64,000 bases of DNA from Alphaproteobacteria bacterium (GCA_965221125.1 CBDCRW010000007.1:840846-904845), one strand, 5' to 3'; counted from the stretch's first letter, positions 27,383-37,783 are shown. The notes: generated from the sequence alone by a model not told the origin. Numbers and translations: made by a program.

Positions 27383-28174
27383 GTGGCGTTGACCACGTTG
27401 AAGGAGATGGCGGGGACGCGGCGGGCCAAGTTCGGCACGCTCGTGATCGAGTGCGCCTCGCCCGGTATCGGCTACATCCTCAAGGCCGGCGGCGCCCAGT
27501 TCGTCTTCATCGACATGGAGCATTCCGGCTTCGGCTTCGATACGGTCAAGCAACTCCTGCGCTACATGGAGGCGGCGGCGCTGCCGGCGGTCGTGCGCGT
27601 GCCGTCGCGCCACTACCACCACATCGCCCGGGCGCTCGACACGGGCGCCGAGGGGATCATGCTGCCGATGGTGAGCACGGCAGAGGAAGCGCGGCGCATC
27701 GCGGCCCACGCGAAGTATCCCCCGCATGGCCATCGCGGCGTGGCGCTCGGCATCGCCCACGACCGTTACGCGCCCGGCTCCCCGGTGGCCAAGATGCGGG
27801 CCGCCAACAGGCGCGTCGCGGTGTTCCTCCTGGTGGAGACCAGTGAGGGCGTCGAGAACGTGGACGAGATCGCCGCCGTGGACGGGATCGACGGTCTCTG
27901 GATCGGGCATTTCGACCTCAGCACCTCCCTCGGCATCCCCGGCCAGTTCGACCACCCCGATCTCATTGCTGCGGAGAACCGCGTCGCCCGCGCCTGTGCG
28001 AGGCACAAGAAATCCTTCGGCTGCCTCGTCATGAATGTCGAGCGCGGCATCGGCGCCTACCACGCGGGCTACGACATGATCTGCTATTCCGGCGACATCT
28101 GGCTACTGCAGGAGACGCTGCGCCGGGGCATCGACGACCTGAAGGCCGCGCTCGGCGGCCGGCGGCGGCGGTAG
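27383..28174 (+). CDS. HpcH/HpaI aldolase family protein, copy 1
   Basis: IDMEH, VRVP, LDTGAEG, KYPPHGHRG, VET, GHFDLS. Confidence 0.9.
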   Translation: MALTTLKEMAGTRRAKFGTLVIECASPGIGYILKAGGAQFVFIDMEHSGFGFDTVKQLLRYMEAAALPAVVRVPSRHYHHIARALDTGAEGIMLPMVSTAEEARRIAAHAKYPPHGHRGVALGIAHDRYAPGSPVAKMRAANRRVAVFLLVETSEGVENVDEIAAVDGIDGLWIGHFDLSTSLGIPGQFDHPDLIAAENRVARACARHKKSFGCLVMNVERGIGAYHAGYDMICYSGDIWLLQETLRRGIDDLKAALGGRRRR

Positions 28175-28181
28175 ACGCGCG

Positions 28182-28988
28182 ATGCCGAGCGCCGCCTTGC
28201 GCGCGATGATGGGCACGGGCGAGCCGAAGTTCGGCTCGTTCGTGATCGAGTTCGACAGCCCCGGCATGGGCCAGATTCTCAAGGCCGCGGGCTGCCAGTA
28301 CGCGCTCCTCGACATGGAGCATTCCGGCTTCGGCCACGACCAGCTCAAGCGCATGCTGCGCTTCTACCAGGCGGCCGACCTGCCGGTGATCGTGTCGACC
28401 GTCGGCGGCGACTACGACATGGTGGCCCGCGCGCTGGACATGGGGGCGGACGGCATCCAGCCGGCGAAGGTGGGCAGCGCCGAGGAGGCGCGCGCGATCC
28501 TCGACCACGTCCGCTATGCGCCCAAGGGCGCACGCGGCGTCGCGCTCGGCATAGCCCACGACCGCTACCGGCAGCGTGCGGCGGCGCCCGCGCTCCGCGC
28601 CGCCAACAGGGACGTCGTGTTCTTCCCCAAGATCGAGACGCCGGAGGGAATCGAGGACATCGAGGCCATCGCCGCGCTCGACGGCGTGGACGGCATCTGG
28701 ATCGGCCATTTCGACCTCTCGGTCGCCATGGGGATCCCTGCGAAGTTCGACCACCCCAGATTCCAGTCGGCGATGGAGCGCGCAGGCGCGGCGTGCATGC
28801 GGCACGGCAAGTCGCTCGGCCGCATCTGCGAGGACGCGGAATCCGGCGTGGCGCTCCATGACATCGGCTTCGACTTCCTATGCTATTCTGGGGACGCGTG
28901 GCTTGTGCAGCGGGGCTTGGCGGAAGGCATCACCGCGCTGCGCAGGGCGTGCCGCGGCCCGCGCTCAGGTGCCGCAAGCGGTTCATGA
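28182..28988 (+). CDS. HpcH/HpaI aldolase family protein, copy 2
   Basis: LDMEH, LDMGADG, KIET, GHFDLS. Confidence 0.88.
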   Translation: MPSAALRAMMGTGEPKFGSFVIEFDSPGMGQILKAAGCQYALLDMEHSGFGHDQLKRMLRFYQAADLPVIVSTVGGDYDMVARALDMGADGIQPAKVGSAEEARAILDHVRYAPKGARGVALGIAHDRYRQRAAAPALRAANRDVVFFPKIETPEGIEDIEAIAALDGVDGIWIGHFDLSVAMGIPAKFDHPRFQSAMERAGAACMRHGKSLGRICEDAESGVALHDIGFDFLCYSGDAWLVQRGLAEGITALRRACRGPRSGAASGS

Positions 28989-29031
28989 TTGTAGAGCGCG
29001 GCGCCGCCGCGCCGAACGAGGGAGGCCATCA

Positions 29032-30447
29032 ATGGCAATGAGGTCAATACGATCCACGATCGGTGGGCTAGCCGCGCTGACGGTGCTCGCGGCGGGCGCA
29101 AGCGCCGCCTGGGCCGAGAGCGCAGCGGAGATCGCGGTGCGCGAGGCCAAGCAGTACGCCGGCACCGAGATCAACGTGTTCTGGGAGGCCGGGCTGCAGG
29201 CGCTGGGTCCGCAGAACTTCTCCGGCCCGAAGTGGGAGGAGCTGACCGGGATCAAGGTCAACATCATCGAAGCCCAGCACGACGAGATGTTCCCCAAGAT
29301 GATGCAGGAGCATCGGGGCGGCACCGGCGCCTATGACGTGCTGAACGTCGTTCCCGCCTGGATGGGCGACATGGTGCGCGCCGGCGCGGTGGAACCGCTC
29401 GACGCCTACGTCGACAAGTACGGCTATCGGGCGGAGCTCGACGACATCGGCGACGTCTACCGCGAGAACCAGATGCGGATCGGCGACACCATCTATGGCT
29501 TCCCGGACGATGGCGACGTGTTCATCCTCTATTACCGCAAGGATGTCTTCGAGGAGATGGGCCTCTCGGTGCCGACCACGTGGGACGAGTTCTACGAGGT
29601 CAGCAAGGCGATCACCGACGCGAAGGCGCCCGAGATGTACGGCGCGGGCTTCATGCGCGCGCGCGGCCTCCTGCAGTACTTCTATCAGGAGAGGGCGCGG
29701 GTCGAGGGCTGCAAGTTCTTCGACGCCGAGAGCATGAAGGCGACCATCAACGGCCCCGGCTGCGTCAAGGCGCTCGCCGGCATGGTCAAGGACAACACGA
29801 CCATGCCGCCCGGCATCGAGGCATGGGGCTTCGTCGAGACTCTGGCCGCCTTCAACGCAGGCCAGACCGCCATGCTCCAGTCGTGGCCGCCGGTCGGCCG
29901 CTGGTCGGCGGGCTATGGGACCGACGACATCGCCATGCAGTGGGTGCCGCCGTCGGTCGTCGCCGGCAAGGTGGGCTATGCGCTGCCGCCAGGCGGCCAC
30001 CCGCAGCTTGCGGCCGGGTTCGCCATGGCCGTCTCCTCCAGCAGCAAGAACAAGGACGCGGCCTACCTCTACATCCAGTGGATCAACAGCATCGACATCA
30101 GCCACCAGCGGGTGCAGCTGCCCTACGCGCTGCGCGATCCCTTCCGCAAGTCGCACTTCTCGTCTCCGGAGTACCAGTCGCGCTGGCCGGACGCGAAGCA
30201 CTATCTCGAAGCGGCTGAGAAGGGCGCGGTCTCCGGGCTGCTCGATCTCTCGATCATCAACACCTTCGCCTACATCGACGCGCTCGCGGCCGGGCTGCAG
30301 TCGGTGATGGCCGGTGGCGATCCGCAGGCCGAGCTGGACGGCGTTGCCGACAAGTGGGACGCGCTCACCGAGAAGGTGGGCGTCGACGCCCAGCGCGAGG
30401 CCTACATGGAGTGGGCCTCCAAGCCGGCGGCCTATCCGGGCGACTGA
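29032..30447 (+). CDS. Sugar-type ABC transporter substrate-binding protein, copy 1
   Basis: Signal peptide, WEELTGIKVN, YYRKDVF, PTTWDE, AYLYIQW. Confidence 0.9.
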   Translation: MAMRSIRSTIGGLAALTVLAAGASAAWAESAAEIAVREAKQYAGTEINVFWEAGLQALGPQNFSGPKWEELTGIKVNIIEAQHDEMFPKMMQEHRGGTGAYDVLNVVPAWMGDMVRAGAVEPLDAYVDKYGYRAELDDIGDVYRENQMRIGDTIYGFPDDGDVFILYYRKDVFEEMGLSVPTTWDEFYEVSKAITDAKAPEMYGAGFMRARGLLQYFYQERARVEGCKFFDAESMKATINGPGCVKALAGMVKDNTTMPPGIEAWGFVETLAAFNAGQTAMLQSWPPVGRWSAGYGTDDIAMQWVPPSVVAGKVGYALPPGGHPQLAAGFAMAVSSSSKNKDAAYLYIQWINSIDISHQRVQLPYALRDPFRKSHFSSPEYQSRWPDAKHYLEAAEKGAVSGLLDLSIINTFAYIDALAAGLQSVMAGGDPQAELDGVADKWDALTEKVGVDAQREAYMEWASKPAAYPGD

Positions 30448-30459
30448 TCCGGCTTTTTT

Positions 30460-30492
30460 GGGGAGGGGCATCGTCCCCTCCCCTTCTCTTTC
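30460..30492 (+). terminator. Rho-independent terminator-like hairpin
   Basis: GGGGAGGGG-catcgt-CCCCTCCCC followed by TTCTCTTT. Confidence 0.6.
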
Positions 30493-30526
30493 TGGCGCCG
30501 CCGCGCCGAACGAAGGGAGGCAAGCA

Positions 30527-31942
30527 ATGGCAACGAAAACGATGCAGTCGATGATCGGCGGACTTGCCGCGCTCACGTTGCTGGGCGTGGGGTCAAGTGC
30601 CGCCTGGGCCGAGAGCGCCGCCGAGATCGCGGTGCGCGAGGCCAAGCAATACGCCGGCACCGAGATCAACGTGATCTGGGAGGCCGGGCTCCAGTCGCTG
30701 GGTCCGCAGAATTTCTCCGGCCCGAAGTGGGAGGAGCTGACCGGAATCAAGGTCAACGTGATCGAATCCCAGGTCAACGAGATGTTCCCGAAGATGCTGC
30801 AGGAGCATCGGGCGGGAACCGGCGCCTATGACGTTCTCAGCGTCGTGCCTGCCTGGATGGGCGACATGGTGCGCGCCGGCGCGGTGGAACCGCTCGACGC
30901 CTACGTCGACAAGTACGGCTACCGCGCGGAGCTCGAGGACATCGGCGACGTCTACCGCGAGAACCAGATGCGGATCGGCGACACCATCTACGGCTTCCCG
31001 GACGATGGCGACGTGCTGATCCTCTACTACCGCAAGGACGTCTTCGAGGAGATGGGCCTTTCGGTACCGACCACGTGGGACGAGTTCTACGAGGTCAGCA
31101 AGGCGATTACCGACGCGAAGGCGCCGGAGATGTACGGCGCGGGCTTCATGCGGGTGCGCGGCCTGCTCCACTACTTCTATCAGGAGAGGGCGCGCAACGA
31201 GGGCTGCAAGTTCTTCGACGCCGAGAGCATGAAGGCGACGGTCAACGGCCCCGGCTGCGTCAAGGCGCTCGCGGGCATGGTCAAGGACAACACGACCATG
31301 CCGCCCGGCGTCGAGCAGTGGGGCGCGATCGAATCGCTCGCCGCCTTCAACGCCGGCCAGATCGCCATGACCCAGTGGTGGCCGCCGGTCGGCCGCTGGT
31401 CGGCGGGCTACGGCACCGACGACATCGCCATGCAGTGGGTGCCGCCGTCGGTGGTAGCCGGCAAGGTGGGCTATGCGCTGCCGCCGGGCGGCCATCCGCA
31501 GCTTGCGGCCGGGTTCTCGATGGCGGTCTCGTCCGACAGCAAGAACAAGGACGCGGCCTACCTCTACATCCAGTGGATCAACAGCATCGACATCAGCCAC
31601 GAGCGGGTGCAGCTGCCGTATACGCTGCGTGATCCCTTCCGCAAGTCGCACTTCTCGTCGCCGGAGTACCAGTCGCGCTGGCCGGATGCGAAGGAGTACC
31701 TCGATGCGCTGCAGGCGGGCGCGGTCTCCGGCCTGCTCGATCTCTCGATCATCAACACCTTCGCCTACGAGGATGCGCTGGCGATCGGGCTTCAGGCCGT
31801 GATGGGCGGTGCCGATCCGCAGACGGAGCTCGACGGCGTCGCCGCCGCCTGGGACGCGCTCACCGAGAAGGTAGGCGTCGACGCCCAGCGCGAGGCCTAC
31901 ATGCAGTGGGCCTCCAAGCCGGCGGCCTATCCGGGCGACTGA
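30527..31942 (+). CDS. Sugar-type ABC transporter substrate-binding protein, copy 2
   Basis: Near-identical tandem paralog of 29032-30447. Confidence 0.9.
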   Translation: MATKTMQSMIGGLAALTLLGVGSSAAWAESAAEIAVREAKQYAGTEINVIWEAGLQSLGPQNFSGPKWEELTGIKVNVIESQVNEMFPKMLQEHRAGTGAYDVLSVVPAWMGDMVRAGAVEPLDAYVDKYGYRAELEDIGDVYRENQMRIGDTIYGFPDDGDVLILYYRKDVFEEMGLSVPTTWDEFYEVSKAITDAKAPEMYGAGFMRVRGLLHYFYQERARNEGCKFFDAESMKATVNGPGCVKALAGMVKDNTTMPPGVEQWGAIESLAAFNAGQIAMTQWWPPVGRWSAGYGTDDIAMQWVPPSVVAGKVGYALPPGGHPQLAAGFSMAVSSDSKNKDAAYLYIQWINSIDISHERVQLPYTLRDPFRKSHFSSPEYQSRWPDAKEYLDALQAGAVSGLLDLSIINTFAYEDALAIGLQAVMGGADPQTELDGVAAAWDALTEKVGVDAQREAYMQWASKPAAYPGD

Positions 31943-31954
31943 GCCCACGGTCCG

Positions 31955-31995
31955 GGAGGGGGCGCACGCTGCGTCCCCTCCTCCTCTTCTCCCTT
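31955..31995 (+). terminator. Terminator-like hairpin
   Basis: GGAGGGGGCGCA-cgc-TGCGTCCCCTCC followed by a pyrimidine tract. Confidence 0.5.
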
Positions 31996-32111
31996 CCTCC
32001 CGGTCGCATCGCCGGACGCCCGTGTTGACGGGCGTGCCGCGCATGTGGAACGTCGGGGCGTCGTCTCCCGCCGAGTCGAATTCGCTCGGCCCACTGCCAG
32101 GGGGGATCGGA

Positions 32112-32744
32112 ATGAGAGCGTTTCTGTCGACATTGGCCGGCGCCACGTTCGTTGCGCTGGTGACAATCACCACCGCAGGACACGCGGAACAGATCGGCCT
32201 CTACTTCGGCGCCGATGTCGGGCTGCTCGACTTCGACTTGCCGGGAAAGGCATCGGAGTTCGATGGCGGCCAGATCGCCTCTCCGAGCGTTGACGGTACC
32301 AACTTCCGTGTGGGCGGCGTCGTCGGCATGGGTGTCATGGAGCATCTTCGGGCCGAGGCCGAGGTCTTCTTCGACATAGACACGGTCTCGGGCAGCAACA
32401 ACGCCGGCCAGGGCGTGAGCGCGTCGGCCTCCGCCGACGTCCGCACCTATGGCGTGATGCTGAACTCCTGGTTCGACATCGGGTCCGATACGGCATTCGG
32501 CGCCTATGTGGGCGGCGGAGCCGGCATCCTGTTCGCCGAGACGAGCCACAGGATCGTGGAGAGAGCGACAAGTACTCTCCGAGGCGGCGACGACGACTCG
32601 GACGCCGAATTCGCCTACCAGCTCGGCCTGGGCGTTCACTTTCAGGGCTGGCACGTCGGCTACCGCTATCTCACCACCGGCGACCTCAACGACTACGGCG
32701 ACATCAGCCAGCACATCCTGTTGGTCGGTTTGCGCATGTGGTGA
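32112..32744 (+). CDS. Outer-membrane beta-barrel protein (opacity/surface-antigen-like)
   Basis: Signal peptide, GLYFG, LRAEAE, MLNSWFD, YVGGGAG, FAYQLGLG, GYRY, aromatic C-terminus. Confidence 0.85.
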   Translation: MRAFLSTLAGATFVALVTITTAGHAEQIGLYFGADVGLLDFDLPGKASEFDGGQIASPSVDGTNFRVGGVVGMGVMEHLRAEAEVFFDIDTVSGSNNAGQGVSASASADVRTYGVMLNSWFDIGSDTAFGAYVGGGAGILFAETSHRIVERATSTLRGGDDDSDAEFAYQLGLGVHFQGWHVGYRYLTTGDLNDYGDISQHILLVGLRMW

Positions 32745-32835
32745 GACGCCAACCCGTATTTCGGCCCAAGAGCCATCGACGAGCCCAGGCGCCGCGGCTA
32801 TTCTCCCGCCCGCTCGGATTGGAGAAGACGCGCCC

Positions 32836-33831
32836 ATGCGCATCGTTCGGCACTGGCAGTCAACGCCCGCAGATGCGCGGGGCGCGGTGGTCGCCATCGG
32901 CAACTTCGATGGCGTTCACCTGGGTCACCGCGCCGTCATCGAGCAGGGCCGGCGCATCGCCCGCGAACTCGGGGCGCCGCTCGCCGTGCTCACGTTCGAG
33001 CCGCACCCGCGCCAGGTCCTCGCCGCTCCCGACGAGCCCTTCAGGCTCACCCCCTTCCGCATAAAGGCGCGTCATCTCGCCGGCCTCGGCGTCGACGTTC
33101 TCTACGTCGCACGGTTCGACCGCGCCTTCGCCGCCCGCGAGCCGGCGTCCTTCGTCGCGGACGTCGTGGCCGCGGGGATCGGCGCCCGCCACGTCGTGGT
33201 CGGTCACGATTTCGCCTTCGGCCGCAGGCGTGCCGGCACCGTGGCCCTGCTCTCCGAAATCGGCGGAGCGCTCGGTGTCGGCGTGACGTGCATCGAGGCG
33301 GCCGGCACGGGCAGCACGGTCTATTCGGCGAGCCGGGCACGCCAACTGCTGGCGGCGGGCGAGGTCGCCTCGCTACCCTCGGTGCTCGGCCGCTACTGGG
33401 AGATCGACGGCCACGTGATCACGGGCGACCGGCGCGGGCGGACCATCGGCTTCCCGACAGCCAACGTGCGCACCGCCGGCATTCTCCATCCGGCGCGCGG
33501 CGTCTATGCGCTGTGGGCGCAGCCCGTTGACGGCGCTGAAGTCGGGCCCTGGTATCCGGCGGTGGCTAATCTCGGCCGCCGGCCGACGTTCGACAAGACG
33601 GAGGACCTCCTCGAAGTGCACATCTTCGATTATGCCGGCGATCTCTACGGCAAGCGGCTGCGCGCCGCCTTCGCGGACAGGGTGCGGCCTGAGCGCCGCT
33701 TCGACGGGATCGAGGCCCTGAAGGCGCAGATCGCCGCCGACTGCGACACGGCCCGTGCCATCCTCACCCGGCTTCCGGCCCCGGACGCGGAAGCGACCGA
33801 CACCCCTGCCCTCCGCCAGGTGCGCTCATGA
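32836..33831 (+). CDS. ribF: Bifunctional riboflavin kinase/FAD synthetase
   Basis: IGNFDGVHLGH, TFEPHP, GHDFAFG, GRTIGFPTAN. Confidence 0.96.
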   Translation: MRIVRHWQSTPADARGAVVAIGNFDGVHLGHRAVIEQGRRIARELGAPLAVLTFEPHPRQVLAAPDEPFRLTPFRIKARHLAGLGVDVLYVARFDRAFAAREPASFVADVVAAGIGARHVVVGHDFAFGRRRAGTVALLSEIGGALGVGVTCIEAAGTGSTVYSASRARQLLAAGEVASLPSVLGRYWEIDGHVITGDRRGRTIGFPTANVRTAGILHPARGVYALWAQPVDGAEVGPWYPAVANLGRRPTFDKTEDLLEVHIFDYAGDLYGKRLRAAFADRVRPERRFDGIEALKAQIAADCDTARAILTRLPAPDAEATDTPALRQVRS

Positions 33832-36698
33832 CAACCGACTACCGCGATACCGTCCTCATGCCGCGCACGGCCTTCCCCATGAAGGCCAAGCTGCCGGAGC
33901 GCGAGCCGGCGATGGCTGCGCGCTGGGAGGAGATGGGCCTCTACCGGCGCCTCAGGCAGACAGCGGCCGGCCGGCCCAAGTTCGTCCTTCACGACGGCCC
34001 GCCCTACGCCAACGGCCACCTGCATCTCGGCACGGCGCTGAACAAGATCCTGAAGGACGTCGTCGTGCGCTCGCAGCAGATGCTGTCCAAGGATTCGGTC
34101 TACGTGCCGGGCTGGGATTGCCACGGGCTGCCCATCGAGTGGCAGGTCGAGCAGGCCTACCGCAAGGAAGGCCGCGACAAGGACTCCGTCCCGGTCGGCG
34201 AATTCCGCGCCGATTGCCGCGCCTTCGCCGAGCACTGGATCGACGTGCAACGCGACGAGTTCAAGCGGCTCGGCGTAATCGGCGACTGGGACGATCCCTA
34301 CACCACCATGACCTTCGAGGCCGAAGCGCAGATCGTGCGCGAGCTTGGCCGCTTCCTCGTCGATGGCAGCCTCTACCGGGGCGCCCGGCCGGTGATGTGG
34401 TCGCCGGTGGAGAAGACGGCGCTCGCCGAGGCCGAGATCGAGTATCACGACCACACGTCCGTGGTGATCACCGTCGCCTTTCCGGTGATCGAGAGTCCCC
34501 TGGAGGCTCTGGCCGGCGCCGCCGTCGTCATCTGGACGACGACGCCCTGGACCATCCCCGGCAACCGCTGCATCGCCTATGGCGAGGCGGTGCGCTACCT
34601 GGTGCTCGAAGTAACGGAGGTCGCCGACGGCTCTTCCGTGACGCCCGGCGCGCGGATCGCCGCCGCCGAGGAACTCGCGCCTACGCTATGTGCCGAGATA
34701 GGAGTCACCGGCCACCGGGTGATCGCCTCGGACCTTCCCGGCACCGCCTTCGCCGGAACCGTCTGCACCCACCCCCTGCGGGCGCGCGGCTACGAGTTCC
34801 CGGTGCCCCTGATCCCGGCGGACCACGTGACCACCGAGCAGGGCACCGGCTTCGTCCACATCGCGCCCGGCCACGGCGCCGAAGACTTCGAGGCGGTCGC
34901 TCATTACAACGCGAGCGTATCTGCGGATGGCGCCGACTGGAGGCCCATCGAAACACCGGCGACGGTGGACGACGACGGCTGCTTCTACGACCACGTGCCG
35001 GCCTTCGCGGGCAAGCACGTCTACAAGGTGAACGACGAGGTCGCCGACGCGCTGGCCGCCGCCGGCCGCCTGCTCGCGCGCGGCAGGCTGGTCCACTCCT
35101 ACCCGCACTCCTGGCGCTCCAAGGCGCCGCTGATCTTCCGCAACACGCGGCAATGGTTCATCAGCATGGAGACGACCGGCCTGCGCCGCACCGCGTTGGA
35201 CGCCATCGACCAGGTGCGCTGGGTGCCGCCGGCCGGCCGGGCGCGCATTCGCTCGATGATCGAGACCCGGCCAGACTGGGTGCTGTCCCGCCAGCGCGTC
35301 TGGGGCGTGCCGATCACGGTCTTCGTCTCGCGCGAGGACGGCACCCCCTTGCGCGACGCCCAGGTGGTCGAGCGCATCGCCGAAGTCGTCGAGGCCGAAG
35401 GCGCGGACGCCTGGTTCACCAGCGACAAGGCGCGCTTCCTCGCGCCGGAATACGACCCGGAGGCATACGACAAGGTCACCGACATTCTCGACGTCTGGTT
35501 CGAGAGCGGCACCACGCACAGCTTCGTGCTCGAAAAGCGGCCGGAGCTCATGTGGCCGGCGTCGCTCTACCTCGAAGGCTCGGACCAGCACCGGGGCTGG
35601 TTCCACAGCTCGCTGCTCGAATCCTGCGGCACGCGCGGCCGCGCGCCCTACGACGCCGTGCTCACCCACGGCTTCGTGGTGGACGGCGAGGGCCGCAAGA
35701 TGTCGAAGTCGCTCGGCAACGTCATCGCGCCGCAGCAGGTGAACGAACGCTACGGGGCGGACATCCTGCGACTCTGGGTGGTCAGCACCGACTATTCCGA
35801 AGACCTCAGGATCAGCGACGAGATCCTGCGTCACCAGGTCGACTCCTACCGCCGCTTGCGCAACACGCTCCGCTACCTGCTGGGGAACCTGGCTGACTTC
35901 CACGCCGGAGAGCGCCTGCCGGCGGCGGAGATGCCCGCGCTGGAGCGCTGGGTGCTGCATCGGCTCCATGGCCTCGACCGGGATGTCCGGCGCTGGTGCG
36001 AGGACTTCGCCTTCCACGGGATGTTCGTGGCCCTGCACCACTTCTGCGCGGTCGACCTGTCGGCGTTCTACTTCGATATCCGCAAGGACGCTCTCTATTG
36101 CGACAGCGTCGATTCGCCGCGCCGTCGCGCCGTCCGCACCGTGCTGGATGCGCTGTTCGACTGCCTGACCGCCTGGCTCGCGCCCTTCATCTGCTTCACG
36201 GCCGAGGAAGCCTGGCTCGCCCGCTATCCGGACGACGAGAGCGTGCATCTGCGCGTGTTCCCCGCGCTGCCCGGCGACTGGCAAGACGACGCGCTGGCCG
36301 AGCGGATGGAGCGGACGCGCGCGGTGCGCCGGGTCGTCACGAAGGCGCTGGAGCAGGCGCGCGCCGCGAAGGAAATCGGCTCGTCGCTGGAGGCGGCGCC
36401 CACGGTGTTCGTCCACGAGCGCTACCGCGACGCGCTCGCCTACGAAGACGACGACTGCGCGACGCTTTTCATTACGTCGGATGCGACCGTCGCGCCGTGG
36501 AGCGACGCGCCCGACCACGACAGTCTCGTGACCCTGCCGGAGGTGCCCGAGGTCGCCGTGCAATTCGCGCCGGCGGAGCACGCGAAGTGCGCGCGCTGCT
36601 GGCGGCTCCTGCCGGATGTCGGCAGCGACGAGCGCCATCCCGATCTGTGCGGGCGCTGCGTGAGCGCCGTGGACGCGGCGCGCCCGGTGGCTGCCTAG
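33828..36698 (+). CDS. ileS: Isoleucine-tRNA ligase
   Basis: HDGPPYANG-HLGT (HIGH-like), WTTTPWT, EGSDQHRGWF, KMSKS, C-terminal zinc finger. Confidence 0.98.
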   Translation: MTTDYRDTVLMPRTAFPMKAKLPEREPAMAARWEEMGLYRRLRQTAAGRPKFVLHDGPPYANGHLHLGTALNKILKDVVVRSQQMLSKDSVYVPGWDCHGLPIEWQVEQAYRKEGRDKDSVPVGEFRADCRAFAEHWIDVQRDEFKRLGVIGDWDDPYTTMTFEAEAQIVRELGRFLVDGSLYRGARPVMWSPVEKTALAEAEIEYHDHTSVVITVAFPVIESPLEALAGAAVVIWTTTPWTIPGNRCIAYGEAVRYLVLEVTEVADGSSVTPGARIAAAEELAPTLCAEIGVTGHRVIASDLPGTAFAGTVCTHPLRARGYEFPVPLIPADHVTTEQGTGFVHIAPGHGAEDFEAVAHYNASVSADGADWRPIETPATVDDDGCFYDHVPAFAGKHVYKVNDEVADALAAAGRLLARGRLVHSYPHSWRSKAPLIFRNTRQWFISMETTGLRRTALDAIDQVRWVPPAGRARIRSMIETRPDWVLSRQRVWGVPITVFVSREDGTPLRDAQVVERIAEVVEAEGADAWFTSDKARFLAPEYDPEAYDKVTDILDVWFESGTTHSFVLEKRPELMWPASLYLEGSDQHRGWFHSSLLESCGTRGRAPYDAVLTHGFVVDGEGRKMSKSLGNVIAPQQVNERYGADILRLWVVSTDYSEDLRISDEILRHQVDSYRRLRNTLRYLLGNLADFHAGERLPAAEMPALERWVLHRLHGLDRDVRRWCEDFAFHGMFVALHHFCAVDLSAFYFDIRKDALYCDSVDSPRRRAVRTVLDALFDCLTAWLAPFICFTAEEAWLARYPDDESVHLRVFPALPGDWQDDALAERMERTRAVRRVVTKALEQARAAKEIGSSLEAAPTVFVHERYRDALAYEDDDCATLFITSDATVAPWSDAPDHDSLVTLPEVPEVAVQFAPAEHAKCARCWRLLPDVGSDERHPDLCGRCVSAVDAARPVAA

Positions 36699-36704
36699 CG
36701 GCCC

Positions 36705-37184
36705 GTGCTCCGCCTCGGACTGCCAGTCGCTGCGGCCATCGTCGCCGCGGACCAGGTCAGCAAGTGGGCCATCCGCGACGCGCTGTGGGATCCGCAACGG
36801 CGCATCGAGGTCACGTCGTTCTTCAATTTGGTTCCGGTCCAGAACAAGGGCATCAGCTTCGGCCTGTTCCAGAGCGAGGGCGCCGGCACGTGGATGATCG
36901 TGGGCCTCGCGCTCGCCATCTCCGCCGCGCTCGGCGTCTGGCTGTACCGCACGCGGCAGCGCTGGCCGGCATGCGCGCTCGGCCTCGTCATCGGCGGCGC
37001 GATCGGCAACGTGATCGACCGCGTGCGCCTTGGCTGGGTCATCGACTTCCTCGATTTCCACGGCGGCGGCTATCATTGGCCCGCGTTCAATGTCGCGGAC
37101 TCGGCGATCACCGTGGGCGTGGTCATGCTGGTGGTGCACAGCTTCTTGATGAAGCCGCGCAAAGAGCCTAGAACAGATTCATGA
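36705..37184 (+). CDS. lspA: Lipoprotein signal peptidase II
   Basis: DQVSK, N.GISFG, GGAIGNVIDR, VIDF, WPAFNVAD. Confidence 0.96.
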   Translation: MLRLGLPVAAAIVAADQVSKWAIRDALWDPQRRIEVTSFFNLVPVQNKGISFGLFQSEGAGTWMIVGLALAISAALGVWLYRTRQRWPACALGLVIGGAIGNVIDRVRLGWVIDFLDFHGGGYHWPAFNVADSAITVGVVMLVVHSFLMKPRKEPRTDS

Positions 37185-37783
37185 CGCGAGAGACCATCCG
37201 AGAGGGTTCGGCCCGAAGAGTTGGCCGCTGCATGGCGGCGGGCTTGGGCGCTCTGGCGCTCGCCGCGGCGCTGTCCGCCTGCGAGGGGGGGATCGGCGAT
37301 GCCCTCGGTCTCGGCAAGAAGGCGCCGGACGAGTTCGCGGTCGTGCGCAGCGCGCCGCTCACGCTGCCGCCGGACTTCACGCTCCGCCCGCCCCGGCCGG
37401 GCGAAGCGCGCCCCAACGAGGAGTCGGTCCGCGATCAGGCCAGGAACGCTCTATTGAGCGAAGCGGGCGCCGGCGACGTCCCGGCCACGGAATCGGCGTC
37501 GCAGGGGGAAGCCGCATTCATCGAGCAGGCCGGTGCGGGCGACGTGGACCCGAACATCCGCCATGTGGTCGATCGCGAGTTCTCGGGCTACGCCTCGGAG
37601 GACGAGAGCTTCGTCGACTCGCTCATCTTCTGGCAGGACGATGATCCGCCGGGCGAGGTGGTGGATGCGGCGGCCGAAGCCGAGCGGCTGCGCGAGAACA
37701 TCGAGGCCGGAAGGCCCATAACCGGGGACGAAACGCCCACCATCAGGCGGCGCGACAAGGCGCTTCTCGAAGGGGTCTTCTGA
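37181..37783 (+). CDS. DUF3035-family lipoprotein
   Basis: Lipobox LSAC, KKAPDEFAVV..APLTLPPDF.L.PP.PG. Confidence 0.87.
   Translation: MTRETIREGSARRVGRCMAAGLGALALAAALSACEGGIGDALGLGKKAPDEFAVVRSAPLTLPPDFTLRPPRPGEARPNEESVRDQARNALLSEAGAGDVPATESASQGEAAFIEQAGAGDVDPNIRHVVDREFSGYASEDESFVDSLIFWQDDDPPGEVVDAAAEAERLRENIEAGRPITGDETPTIRRRDKALLEGVF

Noticed and set aside
29032-31942. Solute-binding protein duplication as an assembly artefact or diversity-generating retroelement
   Set aside because: The copies differ at many synonymous and non-synonymous sites; changes are not adenine-specific and no reverse transcriptase is present.
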